Shown in pieces: positions 62,036 through 64,000 of a stretch of DNA of 64,000 nucleotides. The stretch lies in contig JASTWF010000034.1 of NCBI GenBank assembly GCA_030390025.1, positions 4,588,001-4,652,000 on the forward strand, read 5' to 3'. How positions within the stretch are numbered: position 1 is the first letter of the stretch; every line of letters starts with the position of its first letter. The stretch is from Squalus acanthias. Taxonomy: Eukaryota. The translations under genes were made by a program, and so were the position numbers. The notes under the pieces are model-generated. The model searched no databases. It had not been told where the DNA came from and saw only the letters and a list, made by a program, of their open reading frames with translations.

Positions 62036-64000
62036 ACATAACGAACATACGAATTAGGAGCAGGAATAGGCCATTCGGACCCTCAAGCCTGTTCCGCCAT
62101 TCAATAAGATCATGGCTGATCTGATTACTCCACATTCCCGCCTACCCCCGATAACCTTTCACCCCTTGCTTATCAAGAATCTATCTACGTCCGCCTTAAA
62201 ATATTCAAAGACTCTGCTTCCACCGCCCTCTGAGGAAGAGAGTTCCAAAGACTCACGACACTGAGAAAAAACATTCTCCTCATCTCTGTCTAAAATGGGC
62301 GCTCCATTATTTTTAAACAGTGACCCCTAGTTCTTGATTCTCCCACAAGAGGAAACATCCTCTCCGCATCCACCCGGTCAAGACCCCTCAGGATCTTATA
62401 GGTTTCAATCAAGTCACCTCTTACTCTTCTAAATTCCAGTGGATACAAGCCTAGCCTGTCCAACCGTTCCTCATAAGACAACCCGCCCATTCCAGGTATT
62501 AGTCGAGTAAACCTTCTCTGAACGGCTTCCAACGCATTTACATCCTTCCTTAAATAAGGAGACTAATACTGTACTCAGTACTCCAGATGTGGTCTCACCA
62601 ATGCCCTCTATAACTGAAGCATAAACTCCCTACTTTTGTATTCAATTCCCCTCGCAATAAATGATAACATTCTATTAGCTTTCCTAATTACTTGCTGTAC
62701 ATGCATACTAACCTTTTCCGATTCATGCACTAGCACACCCAGAACCCTCTGCATCTCAAAGCTCTGCAATCTCTCACCATTTAGATAATATGCTTATTTT
62801 TTATTTTTCTTGCCAAAATGCACAATTGCACATTTTCACACATTATACTCTATTTGCCAGATCTTTGCCCACTCACTTAACCAATTTAAATACCTTTGTA
62901 GACTCCATATGTCCTCTTCACAATTTACTTTCCTACCTATCTTTGTCATCAGCAAATTTAGCAACCATACCTTCGGTCCCTTCATCCAAGGCATTTATAT
63001 AAATTGTAAAAAGTTGAGGCCCCAGCATTATCCCTGTGGCACACTACACGTTACATCTTGCCAACCAGAAAATGACCCATTTATGCCTACACTCTGTTTC
63101 CTGTTAGCTAGCCAATCTTCTATCCATGCCAATATGTTACCCCTACACCATGAGCTTCTATTTTCCGAAATAACCTTTGATGTGGCACCTTATCAAATGC
63201 CTTCTGGAAATCTAAGTACAGTACATCCACCGCTTCCCCTTTATCCACAGCACATGTTACTTCCTCAAAGAACTCCAATAAATTGGTTAAACATGATTTC
63301 CCTTTCACAAAACCATGCTGACTCTGCCTGATTACCTTGAACTTTTACAAGTGCCCTGCTATAACGTCTTTAATAATAGTTTCTAGCATCTTCCCCAAGA
63401 CAGGTGTTAAGGTAACTGGCCTGTAGTTTCCTGCTTTCTGTGTCCCTCTCTTTTTGAATAAAGGAGTTACAATCGCTATTTTCTAATCTAATGGAACCTT
63501 CCCCGAATCTAGGGAATTTTGGAAAATTAAAACCAACGCATCAACTATCTCACTTGCTACTTATTTTAAGACCCTAGGATGAAGTCCATCGGGACCCGGG
63601 GACTTGTCAGCCCGCATCTCCAACAATTTCCTCAGTACTACTTCCCTGGTGATTGTAATTTTCTTGACTTCCTCCCTCCCTTCCATTTCCTGATTTACAG
63701 CTGTTTCTGGGATGTTACTTGTATCCTCTATAGTGAAGACCGATGCAAAATACCTGTTCAATTCAACTCCCATCTCCTTATTTTCCATTAATTCCCCAGA
63801 CTCACTTTTTATAGGACCAACGCTCCCTTTGTGAACTCTTTTCTTTTTAGAATATCTATAGAAACTCTTACTATCTGTTTTTATATTCCTAGCTAGCTTT
63901 CTCTGGTACTCTAATTTTTCTCTCCTTATTAATCTTTTATTAATTCTTTGCTGTTTGTTTATATTCTGTCCAATCTTCTGACCTGCCACCCATCTTTTCA
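62036..64000 (-). mobile_element. CR1 LINE 3' 2 kb (runs off the window), disrupted
   Basis: DKSPGPDGLHPRVLK, KSCLTNLLEFFE, DFQKAFDKVPH, RRFTRLIPG; (ttcgtatg)-type tail. Confidence 0.92.

Overview
This window is repeat-dense vertebrate genomic DNA, most likely from a cartilaginous fish. That assignment is inferred from its repeat content: CR1-type LINEs with esterase ORF1 and short-repeat tails, Deu-domain SINEs and Penelope-like fragments. It is not prokaryotic. The only credible host gene is a minus-strand rhodopsin-class GPCR of the GPR139/GPR142-like type. It has one intact 7TM-core exon (14905-15806) and two different upstream first coding exons (29077-29167 and 45347-45611). Each first exon has its own homologous promoter module and a phase-1 donor that joins the single core exon in frame, and I found no second core exon between them. 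A CpG-rich array of about 24 YY1-consensus repeats lies just 3' of the GPCR stop codon. A dead PIF/Harbinger transposon (transposase plus Myb/SANT gene) fills most of the first intron. The rest is nested, decayed LINEs, SINEs and PLEs plus many tandem arrays (16, 27, 32, 33, 47, 51 and 79 bp units). Several arrays visibly grew out of transposon sequence, including a 3.7-kb satellite built from the CR1 reverse-transcriptase 'SGVPQGSVLG' motif. All calls were made by eye without database searches, so repeat boundaries are approximate.
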